Program-made: the position numbers and the translations under genes
Assembly: GCF_964194155.1 (NCBI RefSeq)
Contig: NC_135906.1
Span: forward strand, 6,572,001 to 6,636,000
Source: Cetorhinus maximus
Taxonomy: Eukaryota
Reading direction: 5' to 3'
Length of the DNA stretch: 64,000 bases
The notes under the pieces: generated by a model
What the model was told of the DNA's origin: nothing
Databases searched by the model: none
The model's input: the letters and a program-made list of their open reading frames with translations, nothing else
Part shown: positions 36,196-49,900 of the stretch, piece after piece
Numbering within the stretch: the first letter of the stretch is position 1
How the letters are laid out: each line of letters begins with the position of its first letter

Positions 36196-38085
36196 ACTTA
36201 AGAAAATGGCTTTGGATTTCCAATATTAAATTTCAGCTCATCTATTACTGGATGTCAGACAAGCAGTTGGATAGATGAGAGGCTGTGGAGGGGTTGAGGA
36301 ATTGGATGGTGCGGTACATTTCCAGGAAAGTCTAGAAAAGACAGGCAGGGATTTGGGAGATGAGAACACTCTGACATGGGAGAGGAAAGGGAGGCTGGAG
36401 ATGGGAAGCTTAATTACACGGGCAGCTGGGTCGAGGGTTTTTTTGTGAGCTGTCGGTAGTGATGGCAGGTTTGAAAGGGAGGGAGAAAGGACCTGAGGAG
36501 AGGAAATATTGAATATTAGACAGGAAGTGAAATTGAGTGGGGGGAAGGAGGTCATCATTTCAATGGGAATAGTGTTAAAGGAACATGATGTGATGTGTCG
36601 GGGACAAGATGTGGTCAGTGTGGGTCTGAGGAAAGTTAGAGAAAGTGGAGAAAGAAGCAGGTTCGGGGATATGCTGGCAGGGGAGGGGCTGAGCTACAGA
36701 GGATGTTTGGCCCGGGAGAGGTGAGGGGAGTGGCAGAGGCGGCTGATCGGTTGGACTTAATCTCTGTGACAAAAAAGTCCATGAGCTCTTTCACCTTGTT
36801 GGAGATGAAGGTGGTGGGGAGAGGGGTTTAGGAAGAGGGTTTGCAGTAGAGAAGAGGAGCTGGAGGGTTATCTGAGCATTGTAGCCTGATGCTGGAATAG
36901 TGATCAGCTTCGGATATGGTGATAGGACAGCCGGACACAATCAGGGTGAATGCGGTAAAGCCGGCTCTGGTGTTGGCTAAAGCAATTGTTCAGCATGACT
37001 GTTCACGTCTGCGTCACTTGGGCTTATGGGAACAGAGATAAGGGCCGTAGCTGGAGATGGTCTGGGGAGAGAGAGAGGAATGGCTTTTTTGGGTCCTGGG
37101 GCATCACAGATGGAGGTGAGGGTGTGGTTGGGCAGATTGGGAGTTGCAGAAATGTTATGTTGAAAAGAGAGCCAAAGGGAGGTTAGTTGGGATTAGGAAA
37201 TGGACACAGGAGGGAGTGGAGCTGGGAGGGGTAAGGGGATTTGGGAGGAGTGTGATACAAGGAAGTGATCGGTGATGGCCTTATCTGTGATCTACACGAT
37301 GGGATTAGCGAGGCCGCGTCCGATGTCAAAGCTCATCGACAATATCATGAACTCAAAAGTTCCAGACCATAACCAGACCCTGACACTCAGAACCATTCAC
37401 AGTTTCAGTTCCAATAGTGCAGTGGAGTCAAATTCAACATCAGGAATCTCTAATGATTAAATAAAATATATCACCCCTCTGATCTCACTCATTGTATGGA
37501 CAGTGTCTCACTAATCAGTGATAGAGATAGTCAGCTAAAGCCAGTTAGCTACATTTTACAAAGTGTCTGAATCCAGATGTGAAGAGCAGAAACCTTCACA
37601 AGGCAACAACTGGGCAAAACCCAGAAAGTTTCTTCAATGTTTACGGTGGATTTGGGGAATACAAGTTACTGAGTTGTTTATTTGACGTGTGTGGGGTGAA
37701 TCAATAGAAAATCCTTGGGACACGCACTCGTGAGTCCGTGTGAGGGATTTTGTGGGTGACACCGCGAAGACACAGGTGAATTGGTGAAAACTGTCATCAG
37801 AGAATTGACCCAAAGAGAAGGAGCTCTGGGATTCCGCCCGAGCTGTGCTGGACCTCACTTGGAGATGTCCGATTCTGCCCAGCAAAATAAATGGCAAATC
37901 CCAAATCCCCATCGATGATAAATATGCTGGAGGATTCACTAAAACAGCGGCACTCATGGAGTGAGAGTTTACTCCACTTCCCTGGTGTAAATTTTATTCT
38001 CATCGAGGTGAATGACCTCAGTGCTGGAGATTGGAACACTTTCTGATTGGAGCCGGAGAGTTAGTATGAACCTATCGCAGGGCAC

Positions 38086-38403
38086 ATACAGCACAAGTTA
38101 GATACAGAGTAAATCTCCCTCTAGAGGGTCCCCCTAAAACACTCCCAGAGCATGTACAGCACGGGGTAGACACAGAGTAAATCTCCCTCTACAGTGTCCG
38201 CATAAAACACTCCCGGAGCAGGTACAGCACGGGGTTAGATACAGAGTAAAGCTCCCTCTCCACTGTCCCATCAAACACTCCGAGGACAGGTACAGCACGG
38301 TGTTAGATACAGAGTAAAGTTCCCTCCATACTGTTGCTATGCACCAATCCCAGGATAGGTACAGCACAGGGTTAGATACAGAGTAAAGCTCTCTGTACAC
38401 TGT
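38086..38403 (+). repeat. 68-bp minisatellite, unit 3
   Basis: Same as 3652-3969. Confidence 0.92.
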
Positions 38404-38842
38404 TTCACTAATTTAAAATTGGGAGATAATTACAGGTTGTTGTTGTAGCAGTGTGAGAGTCTCCATTCCCCATCGCAGCATTTACCAGTCTGCACGCCAG
38501 ACTCCCTGGGTCAGTGCCCACCAGTCATCCTCATGGATCAATGAACAAAACCACATGAGATGATTGGATTAATGGTGCCTTCAGCATGAGAACTTGTGGA
38601 GCTGAATTCAGTCAGGTGACACCAGAGCAACTCAGAGTGATTCCTATTGGTCCAAATAAAATTGGCCTTCCTGGTAATAAATCCATGAGTTCTGTCTGTC
38701 ATTGGTGGAGATTGTGAAGATTTGGGCTGGTTAATTGGTTCAATGTTGCTGCTTCTGGTCTCATTGGTGTCAGGTGAGTGCAGCTTGTGTGTACATAAGG
38801 TGCTGCTCGGTGGTTGAAGGGATGGTTGAGTTGTTTGGTATC

Positions 38843-41800
38843 ATGGGGGATTTTGTAGTGAGGGCTTTGTTCCCAGTGCTGGTGTTAGTTGGAGCTGTTT
38901 GTGGCACTGATACTTGGCAACAGTTTCTAGGCCAGAGCTTTACATGGGCCAGAGTCAGAGCCACCCCTGTGCCTCAGACAGTCTCTCCTCCTGGGCCTCC
39001 CTTTGGTTCCCATTTCCGTGTATCTCCACTGCAGACTGTGATGGTGCAGTGTGGAGAGGAAAAGCTGCTGCTCAGGGTCCAGCTGGATTTATTTGGAACC
39101 AGGCACCTGATCAAAGCTGCTGACCTGACTCTGGGGACAGAAGGTTGTCGGCCAACAAGGATCTACTCTCAGAACCACACTGTCCTCTTTGACTATGGAC
39201 TCCATGAGTGTGGCAGCAGGTTGCAGGTAATGGGAATCCTCAGCTCTTGCTCTAATCTTGGGCTGTAGATTGTTCCCCACCCTTCATTCCAACACTGGGT
39301 GAGATGTCAATGATATTGAGGAGATACCTGTCACCTGCTTTCTAAAACCCCAAGTTAGCTTTCTATTGTGTATTGTACTTTGCTTTAACTTGTTTCTGAG
39401 TGTCTCCGAACTTGTGACAACAGCCCTATTGGTCTTGAACCACCTTTTTGGTTCCTCCAAACTTTGCCTTTTGTTGTTTTGAGGATTTTCGGCTCTCTTC
39501 CCCTCATTCAGATCGATCCAACTGGAGGCTTCGGTTTCAGTCCGGTTTAATCCAATTGAGTTGTGTCTTAAATGAAGAAAATGAAATGGGAATTGAAATT
39601 TATTGCACTAAAGAGGAACTCCACACTTCCCACTTTTCCTGTCATTGGAATAAATGGGGCCCTAGTTTCAAACTGTTCTATTTCCATGCTCCATATTACT
39701 GTCCAATTGTGGCTCCTTTTACTGTTAACTGAAGCTGTCCTTTTGTTGACTCCCTTTCCTATTCATGGATCCTGGTCTTGTTCTGATGATCTCACTCTTT
39801 GGATAAAGGGCTGAGGTTGCATAGCAACAAATAACCAGATGAGGTCACATGGCCCCTCAAGCCTGTTCCCCAATCATTAGGATCCTGGCTGATCTTCTAC
39901 ACAACCTCCATGTTCCTGTCCTCTTAACATATATTCTTAGATTCCCTTAAAGCCCCAAAATAAATCCATCTGCCTTGAATGTGTCCAATGACTGAGCATT
40001 CCCAGATCTCTGGAGTACAGAATTCCTAAGGTACATGATCTGCTGGATGAAGTAATTCCCTGTCACAATCTTAAATGACTGACCCCTGACCTGAGATGAA
40101 CGCCCCAATAGTCAAGTCTCTCCAGTTGGGGGGAAGGCAGCCTCTTCACACTGACCCTGTCAATCCCCCTCAGAATTGTTTCCAGGGGATGGGATGACTT
40201 CATTGTTAACCCCTGTGGAGAACATTCTCATTTCAGATCAGTTCTTCATTCCTTAACCTGATTCTTTCAGATGGTTGGAGATTTCCTCATCTACACCACC
40301 CACCTGAACCACACCCCAGAGTATCATGGATCTGTCATTGTGAGAACGAATGGAGCTGTCGTTCCCATTGAGTGTCGTTATTTTAGGTGAGAATCTTTAC
40401 TCGATTGTCAATAAGATCTACAGCTGCTGGTGGTCTCTGAAGTTGTCCTAAAATGACTCCCCTGCCTTTCCAGGAAGGGCAACGTGAGCAGTGACCCCAT
40501 CAAGCCCACCTGGATCCCATTCATCTCCACCAAGTCTGGAGAAGGGCATCTGTCATTCTCTCTGCGCCTAATGAATGGTATGTGATGGGCGGAGGGGAGT
40601 GATTTCCTCTAGTCACTCACTGGGAGTTACAGCCACTGTCTCTAACCCTTGTCCTCTTGTACTTCAGGTGACTGGCTTACAGAGCGTACTTCGACTGTCT
40701 ACTACCTGGGTGAGCTCATTCACATTGAGGCCTCTGTTTCAATGACCAACCACATGCCCCTGAAGCTCTACATTGACCGCTGTGTAGCTACATTGAGCCC
40801 AGACAAGGATTCCACCCCGAGATACAGCATCATTGACCACAATGGGTAAGGATCTGTCTGCTTTCTCCAGCTGGTCCCATCTCAATGGCTTCACTTGATT
40901 CACTTCCTGTCTCTTTTTAATCTTTCTTCAGTTGCCTCCTGGACAGCAAAGCTGAGGACTCCTTTTCAACCTTTGTGTTGCCAAGAGACGAGCGGGAGCT
41001 GGACAAGCTCCGGTTTGACCTGGATGCGTTCCGTTTCCTTGGAGATGACCGTTCCTTGGTAAGAGGAAGCTGATCATTGGGGTCTCCATGTTGGGAGGGA
41101 GTCACTGAATCATGACTTGTGTTGAATGTGTCCCTCAGATTTTCATCACCTGTCACCTGAAAGTTGCTCCAGTTGATCAGAGGGATTCCAGGAACAAAGC
41201 TTGTACTTTCCAGAAGTTGCAGAATGTGTAAGTTCCCTCTCTCTCTCTCTCCCTCAGGGATGTGTTGTGTGGGGTTGTGATGCACAACCTGGTTGATGGG
41301 CTGTTTCTCTTGTTTAGCTGGACCCCACTGGAGGCATGGAGCACTGACATTTGTGCCTGTTGCCATGTGGGTAACTGTGGTGCCACAAGGGAGTTGTGGT
41401 TTGGTCCCAGAGGAAGGAGAGATCTTGTACCTGAAGCTGGTAGGACATTGATCCTCTAGATGTTGGATGTCCCACTTTCCCCTCACTAACTGAAATGTTT
41501 GATGTTGCAGAGAGTGAAGCTGGATTGAAGTGGGAGGGTGAGGCCTCACTTGGACCCCTGCTCATTCTGGATACTGATGTGACCAAGCTGGCAACAGAGT
41601 CCCTGAATGAGGCTGAGCGAAGGATGCAGGAGAGGTCTCCAGGTGGTGAGTTGGCCGACTGCTGGTTTCCATTTTCCCCCTCCGTGTTTCCTTCACTAAC
41701 CATTGGTTTCTCATTGCTTTGTAGGTGTGGAGTCTGAGGTGGTCCTGATCGTGGCCCTGACTGTGACAGCTGTCTCTCTGATCTCTGCTTCATTGCTGGC

Positions 41801-41846
41801 CTTGTTCCTGTACAGGAAACACAAGCAAACTCTGGTCAACCAGTGA
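38843..41846 (+). CDS. zp3: ZP3/ZPC-like gene, copy 3
   Basis: Same structure at offset +34434; no disabling change seen. Confidence 0.95.
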
Positions 41847-43941
41847 CCAAATGATCAATAAAGTAGTGATTCCTTGATCTTCTGTCTGGGTGTTGATTTG
41901 TCTCCATCCTCAACACGTTCAATATCTCCATGGAACTATTGGCCGGCTTCGGTGTATCCAAGCACAGAACTAGGCCTCCGGAATGATGAAACAAAAAGAA
42001 AAACAAAAGCTGTTGGAAAAACTCAGCAGCTCTGCCAGCATCTGTGGAGTGAAATAGGGTTCATGTTTTGAGTCCAGATGATTCTCTTCAGTTTTTCTTT
42101 TTGTTTCTCATTTCTATCTTCTGCAGTATTTTGCTCTTATCTCCCGAATGATGGGTTTACTGAAGGCAGAGAGAAGCACTAACTTTCACTCCTTTGGGCT
42201 ACTGCTCATTTTTCTGCCTACGTCAGAACCCTGGCTCCTTAACTTTAACTACCAGGTGTGGGGCAGGGGGGTGTGAGCAGGTCTGGGGCCTCCTTGTGGA
42301 CCTGCTCCTGAGCCTGGCTGCTGTGGGTGTTTACTCAGGCTGCCTCATTCTCTTCCATGCTGATGTTCACCCCCTGGAGAGGGGACTCACTGTATTGGAA
42401 TGTTTGAGGTTTGCTGTCATCAGTGGTTATGAGGTCACAACTGCAACCATTATTTTAGTTTCATCACCCATTAGACTTTTTTTGACACTTGAGCTGCTGC
42501 TCTTAAAAGCTAATTTTTGGGTAGTGATAACTCATTCTCACTGAGCAAACTATGAACTAAAGCTTGTGTATTGTGGGAATAGTGAACCTGCAGATCAACC
42601 ACAGAAGGTGGCGTGAGAGCTAGCATAGTTTTGTAACATGGTCTGAGAGAAACATTAACTGCTAATAACTGGGAGGTAATTAATTTTCAAGTGCACCAGC
42701 TTTCCCATCTTAATACAATCTTTCTGTACATGAATTAAACAGCTGAAGTCCTACTAATTTAATACTGCTTTGAAAATCCTCCTTTCCACCCCAGGGATCC
42801 TTTATACTTTTGGGCATTTGATGGTTCCCTAGTGTTGATATCACTGGACCTGTCATCTAGAGGTCCAAGCTAATGCTCTTGCTATAGGTGGTGGAAATTA
42901 AGGTCAAATAATAAATCTGGAATATTAAAAACCCATCTGGTTAACTAATGCCTTCGAGGAAAGGGTATCTCCCCTCCTTACCTGGTCTGTGTGTGACTCC
43001 ACACCCACAGCAGTGTGGTTAACACTAAACTGCATTTTGCAATAGCCTGGCAAGTTACTCAGCTCAAGGACAAGTGCTGGCCTTGCCAGTGATGCCCACA
43101 TCCTGGGAGAAGATTTTTAAAAATGTAAGATGGAATTTTATGAAAAGTAATAGTTACACAACCAAAAGACCTGAAATATGAAATTAAATATTAACTATAT
43201 GGGGCTAAACTGTCAAATTATTAAGGTTCATGAATGAGTGTGTATGGACTTCCAGAGGGCATTCAATAATCTTTCACATCCAGAATGGAGGAAAAATGAA
43301 AATGGTGATTGAGAGCATCATCAGACCATCAGGATGTGGCATATGTTGGTTCCCAGGGGTCTGATCTGGTGCTTGAACTTCACCCGTGACTTAAATATCC
43401 AACTGTCTATTCGCACAAGTTTGCAGGTGATGTTAATCATCAATCCGAGAGGAATAGGGACACAAATGAGATTGAGTGAGTGGGCCAAACAATGGCAAAT
43501 GTCATTCCGTGCAGGCGAGTAAGGTCAACCGCTCTGGAACCAAGCAAGGGAAAATTACGTTTTTGTCTGAATGGTGGAGGAACAAAGATGTGAGAGAATT
43601 CAAACAATCATTATAAACTAGCGTAATGAAAATTGTTGGAATATTGGACTCTCAAAGGGAGGGATGTGATGCTTCAGTTTTCTAGAAACTTGGGTACACA
43701 CACATCTGGATTTCAATCTGGACTTTTGGGAACCAAACATCAAATGACACTTCTGTTCTCTGAGTTTCAATACTGATTGTTTTTATCCAAAGACTTCATT
43801 TTGCTCAATGTTTAACTTTCCTGATTTTCAAGATTGACGGCTGATCTGATTGAGCTGTTTAAACTGTTCCAAGGATTTGGTAGGGTAGCGATGGGGGAAT
43901 TATTTCCTCTTCTGGGTTACTTGAAGTCTGGCTCAGCCTTA

Positions 43942-46900
43942 GGTAGTTACCAGTAAGAGGGATGCAGTCATTGGAAAGGGATTTATGTAATCAACTCCTT
44001 TAGAAACTACATGCTTGAGCCAGGACCACAACGAGAAAGCGTCAACCCCAGGATTACCCGCAGTTAGGACACATTCGTCTGTACAATCACATGACTTCTA
44101 AAGGCAGTAGGGAAGGTTATACCTACAATCACGACATTTCCTCCCCCTTTAGTTTTCTTTACATTTCCTATTTACAAAGAATATTTTAATCCACCACATG
44201 TACATATATGCTTTGGTCATGTGGTTAAATATTAAATCTTTCTCATACATTTAGAGCAGCGTAGCTCCATCACTTCAGACTCTCCCACTGGATCGACCTG
44301 ATCAGGAACTGCAGTATCAGGGACATCCTTCGACAGTAGTAGTTCAGAATTTGGGACTTCAACAGAGACATCAGGTATGTCTATTCAAGGTCGATCCGTC
44401 ACCTCAGGGAATAAAGGTTCAAGATGTCTTGTGGAATAGCTGATTGTTGGAATGTCCCTCTCAACCTTAGATGATCCACATATTTTCAAACAATCTGGTC
44501 TTTCACTTCCACTTGGAATGACAAGGGTCCAGTTTCAGATAAAATTATACCAGGAACCCAACTAGGTCCATTTCCAAAATTCCACAGGAAAACTGAATTT
44601 CCCACAGTAAATCTTCGAACTTTACTATGAATACGGTGAATTAATTTCTGACTACTCTAATTCTTCTCTACCTTCCCCTTGAAGTTTGGAAACACCAGAC
44701 CAACCGTGTATGAAGGCGACATTTCATCACTAGTTCAGATGGTGTTGAACCCGTAGTTGCTGAGGAGCCGTACCTTAATTGAGAAGAAAGCATGAAAGTC
44801 AAATTTCTAAAGTACCTTTGGATAAAACTTCTTCATTCCTGATGTGAAAGTTTGCACTGCTCTTCCAGCTAACCCATTTGATGAGGGGTGATATTGTGCT
44901 GTTTAATATGTTTCATTCCATTTAAACTCATGAATCTCTGAAATTCTGTACTCGTGAATGCTGGACCGTTATCCTAAATAATGATGTCCGCTAGGCCACG
45001 TATACTGAAACATTGGCAAGGCTTTTCAATAGTTGCGCATGATGTCAGTGATCTAACTTCATACACATCCATTCACTTGGAATGTGCATTGATGATCAAT
45101 AAAAACATGGTGGAATGGCTTTATCCTCCCTCATCAGTATAGTCCATCACTCTGGTGAAATGTTGTTTGTGCAGACACTGGTGTCATTTCTTCACTCCAA
45201 ATATTACTGATAAACCTTCCTTTTCAAGTTGTAAATTGCCCTTCATGGTTTCAGAGAGGGTTCTCGAGACATAGCCGGTTGGCCTTTCGGAACCAACTTC
45301 CATCATGTGTGATAACAGCGCTCCCACACCGTAAGGAGATGCATCAAGCACCACAGGTTAATATTAATTCTTTTGATGGGTCATAATGTACCAGTAAACA
45401 TGACGTATGTAATAGCTTCTTGACTTTCATGAAGGTGCTTCTCGTTGTGCATTCCATGACCAAACATGGTTCTTTTCGAACAGTACATGTAATGGTTCAA
45501 ACACTGTTGACAAGTTTGACAAGAAGTGACTATAACCATTTATCGTTCCCAAAAAAGACTTGAGTTCAGTGACACTGATCGGAGAGGGTGCCATTCAATT
45601 CCCCTGACTTTCTCCTCTACTCCTTTGGCATCCGCTCGGTGACACAAGTAAGCAAAGTATGTCGCTTGGAAGGCATATTTCTCTTCTTCCAGCTGTACAC
45701 TAGCTTCCAAAAATCATCTTCAAACCTTTTCTAGGTTGACCAACTGTTCGGCTTCCACTGACCCTGTGATTAGGACATCATCCAGGTATACCACTACGTG
45801 GGGAAGTACTTGCAGTGGACTTTCCATGGTCCTTTGGAAGATTGCACATACAGATGATATAACAAAGGGTAGGCGTGTATATTGTTGCAGGCCCTTGTGC
45901 ATGTTAATGGTTTCGTGCTGTCCAGCTTTAGCTGTTGGGATGCATGGCTCATGTCCAGTTTGGATTAAGATTTTCGTCCTGCTAGTTTAGCGTACAAATC
46001 GTCAATCCTCGGGATAGGATATTTATCTAGTTTACGTCACGAAGAGATATTAATGTCTATAATGTTATTGGAAATCACTTTTAAAATGGAATTGTAGGGT
46101 GTCTTGTGTCAGTGTGTTTGACTGTGTGAAAATTAATTAGATTAAAGCCAGCCAGTCTGGGAGCTTTGATGTACAGTCGTTCTGAGATGTTAATTAGATG
46201 AACATAAGAAGAAGGTAAAGTGTAAATTTGCATTTGTTGATTAAAGGATTAAAGGGCAGGACTAAAATCTTGCACCTAGCTAGAAGACGCCAAGCAATGT
46301 GTTTACTTTTTTTCAGCTTACTAATAAAATTGGTGGAATGAAAGGATATTATTGTTAGGAGATGTAACATTAACAGCCTGGTGATACAATGGAAAATTTA
46401 CATTCAAAGAAAACACTAGGTATAAACAGAAAAGAGTTTGTGTGTTTAAGGCAAAGGCATTTATGATCTAACCAGCCTGTAAGCCCTACAACTGTGTCTG
46501 CAAAGGAACCAAATTGCAAGGAACCTCATTTTGAATTTGTAAGGCCAAATATGCTTTTCCTCGTGTTTGTTTAAAGTCTATGGTTATTATTGGCTTGGTG
46601 GAGATTTACCTGGAAGTGATAAATTTGCAGATTTGTTTAAAAGTTACGATGGTATTAATTTGTAGATGTGTAAGTCGTTAATTTGTTGTTAAGTTAATAA
46701 ATGTTTAATTTAGTTTGATATAAAAACATTTTGAGGCACAGTGGTCTTATTCCTGAATTCAGAGCTGCAAATTAAATATACCATTTGAAAATACAGGTTA
46801 TGAAAGTTGTTCAAGTTTCCCTCTGGGATTTAAACAACTCAGCCTTTACCAAGTGCTGAGTCATAATAATTGGGGGCTCTTGGCAGGATATTATTTGTAA

Positions 46901-49900
46901 TTTTTTGCTTAGTTCAGAATGGGTGAATCTTAAGGATAGGAGTACGAGAAGCACTTTGTATTCAGGAGTTGGTGAAGCTTTTTGTTAGTTGTGAGGCTGC
47001 AAGATGGCTTTGGAAATTGCTAAGACTTGTCTGGGAGTAGAAGATATAACTCTGATTGTGTTACAAATAGTATCCAAGGATAAGTTAACAGATTTGGCAG
47101 ATAAGTTAAAATTAGTGTTGCCTGTAGGGGTGAAGAAAGCAGATATAATTAAAGGTACAGCACAGCCTCTACAGTTGGAAGTGATACCTGACACCAGTGA
47201 GTCACAGCTGGAGGTAGTGAGACTTGAGTTACAAATGAAGAGGCTGTAACTTGAACAATCAAAGGGACTGAAAAAAATCTTGAATTAGAAGCAAAGGAAA
47301 GAAAAGGGCATTTCAAAGGGAACAAGCAGAAAGGCAGGAGAAAGAAAGGAAGCTGGACCTGGGATTTCAGGCAAGAGAGAAGGATAAAGAAAGAGTGGTA
47401 AGGGAAAGAGAGAAGGAAAGAGAAAGAGAATAATTTCTTAAAAGGTTAGAATTTCAAAAAGAGACCTGAGATTCGGAGGAGAGTTCTGATGATGAAAAAT
47501 CCTTTAACCGAAAGCCCAGTGGGGAGATGTTTAGGATTGTACAAGCTGTTCCAAAGTTTAAGGAAAAAGATGTTGATGCATTCTTTATTTCATTTGAGAA
47601 GATAGCGAAAATGATGAAATGGTCACTGGAGTATTGGACATTGGTGTTACAATCCAGGTTGTTGGGTAGAGCAGATGAGCCTTTTTCTATCTGAAGAGGT
47701 ATCAGTGAAAAATGATGTGTTGAAAAAGGCTATTTTGAGTGAATAGGAGTTAGTTCCTGAGGCCTACATGCAGAAATCTGGGAATATAAGAAAACAGGCT
47801 GGGCAAACTTATATATTTACTTTGAGAGAGTAAAACAATATAATTTTGACTGGTGGATACCAGCATTAAAAATAGAGACAACCTTTGCAGCTCTTAGAGA
47901 AGAAATTCTTCTGGAAGTATTTAAAGTTTCAATTCCTTCGGTAGTGTGAACTCAAGTGGGGAACAGAGAGTTCAAATGGTAAGACAAGAAGCAGTTCAAG
48001 CTGATGATTATGAGTTAGTACACAGAGCTAAACATTTTTTCCTTTAGCCTTTTAAATCCAAAAAGGATGGAAAGTGGGAAGGTGAAAGGAAGTGCGTAGT
48101 TAGGGAAGAGAAAGGGTAGCTGGAAATTCCCAGAAAGTTTTTTCTCAGAATAAAAAGGAAGGTGCTGAGGAGTGACTTTTGAAAATTGAAAAGTGAGGTG
48201 TTTTCATTGTAATAAAGTGGGGCATACAACGTCAGTGTGTTGGAAATTATAGAGAAAATCTGTTGGAATTATTGGGGTGCAGAAAAGTTCTGGAAAGAAA
48301 AGTACTGTGGGTTCTGAGGTTCAGGCACAGGAAAAACAATTGTTTGAGAACAGGTAAAGCAGTAAGTTTCAGTAAAAGGTAAAGGAGTGGGAATGTGTTC
48401 ACAATTTGCCCAGGAGAAATCGGAGGGGCAAGTCGCAAAAATGTTAAAGACTTTGTGTGTGAAGGGAAAGTCTTTCCTTGTGTCCAGGGTGGAGTAGGTA
48501 AAAATGTTAACATTTTAAGAGACACAGGGGCTAGTCAATCATTAATGTTGTGGGGTAGTGATATTTGTGTTGAGAGGGATTACTGCAGGAGCAGTTGATA
48601 ATAAGCGGGGTTTGTGGAGATGCTAAACCTTCCACCCTTTTGGAAGATAAATTTCAAGAGCAAATGGAAGAAAGGGGAAGTTATTGTTGGAGTTGTGGGG
48701 AAATTGCCCTTTGCAAGGTTTCAAATTATTTTGGATAATGATATAGTTGGGCCAGAGATTTGTGTGATGCCTCTGGTAGTTGAGTAGCCTGTAGAAGCGT
48801 TTTCAACAGAGGTGTTACAGAGAGAGCATCTTGGATTGTTTCCAGCTTGTGTGGTAAAGAAATCACACGCTCATAGATTGAAACAAGAACAAACAAGCAG
48901 GGGAAGCAGCTCAAAGGCAAGAAGAAGGTGTCAAAATCCAATCAGCTGGCCATGTATTTAATAACACTGTTCAGGAAGAAAGCACAATTCAGCAGAAATG
49001 TTTAACTCAAAGAGGTGAGTGGAGTTACAGAAAAAATGATTTGCAATTAAAAAAGTTATAACAGGCAGCTTACTCAGAATAAGAGGCAACATGCATTCCA
49101 GTATGTTATTACCTTAAGGGTGATATGTAAATGAGAAAATAGAGGCCAGATTATGTCTCAGCAAATGAAAGTTGGGGCGAGATGCAGCAGATTGCTGGCC
49201 CATTAGGGTATAGAAATGAAATGTTGAGAATTGATCATGAAATTCCAAATGGGTGGGGTGGGGGGAGTTGGTGGGTGATATTTAGGAATTAGGAAAACAG
49301 AGGAAAAGATACAGAGGTTTCTTTTTTGGCCAGGATTGCACATGGATGTAGTGAAGTTCTGTAGAACATATCACACTTGTCTGGAAATAGGGAAACCACA
49401 AGCATTGTTTAAGCCGGCACATTTAATTCCAATACCAGCATTTGAAGAAACTTTAACTAGGGTCACCATTGATTGTGTAGGAGCCCTCCCTCAGACAAAA
49501 AGTACAAATCAGTACTTACTGACAATCATTGATGTGTCTACCAGGTTCCCTGAAGCGATACCTTTAAGAAATATTACAACCAAGAAGATTGTGGAGGAGT
49601 TCACTAAATCTTTTACAAGATATGGTTTACCTAAGGAAATTCAATCAGATCTGGAGTCAAATTTCATCTCACAGCTATTAAAGGAAGTAATGAACAGTTA
49701 GGGGATAAAACAGTTTAAGTCAACACTTATCATCCAGAGTCACAAGGAGCTTTGGAAAGATTGCATCACACTTTAAAACTGTGATAAGAGGCATACTATC
49801 AGTATTATCCACAACATCGGGATACAGGAATTACATTCTTGTTATTTGCTATTAGAGACGCTCCTAATGCATTGCCTGGTTTTAGCCTTTCTGAACTAGT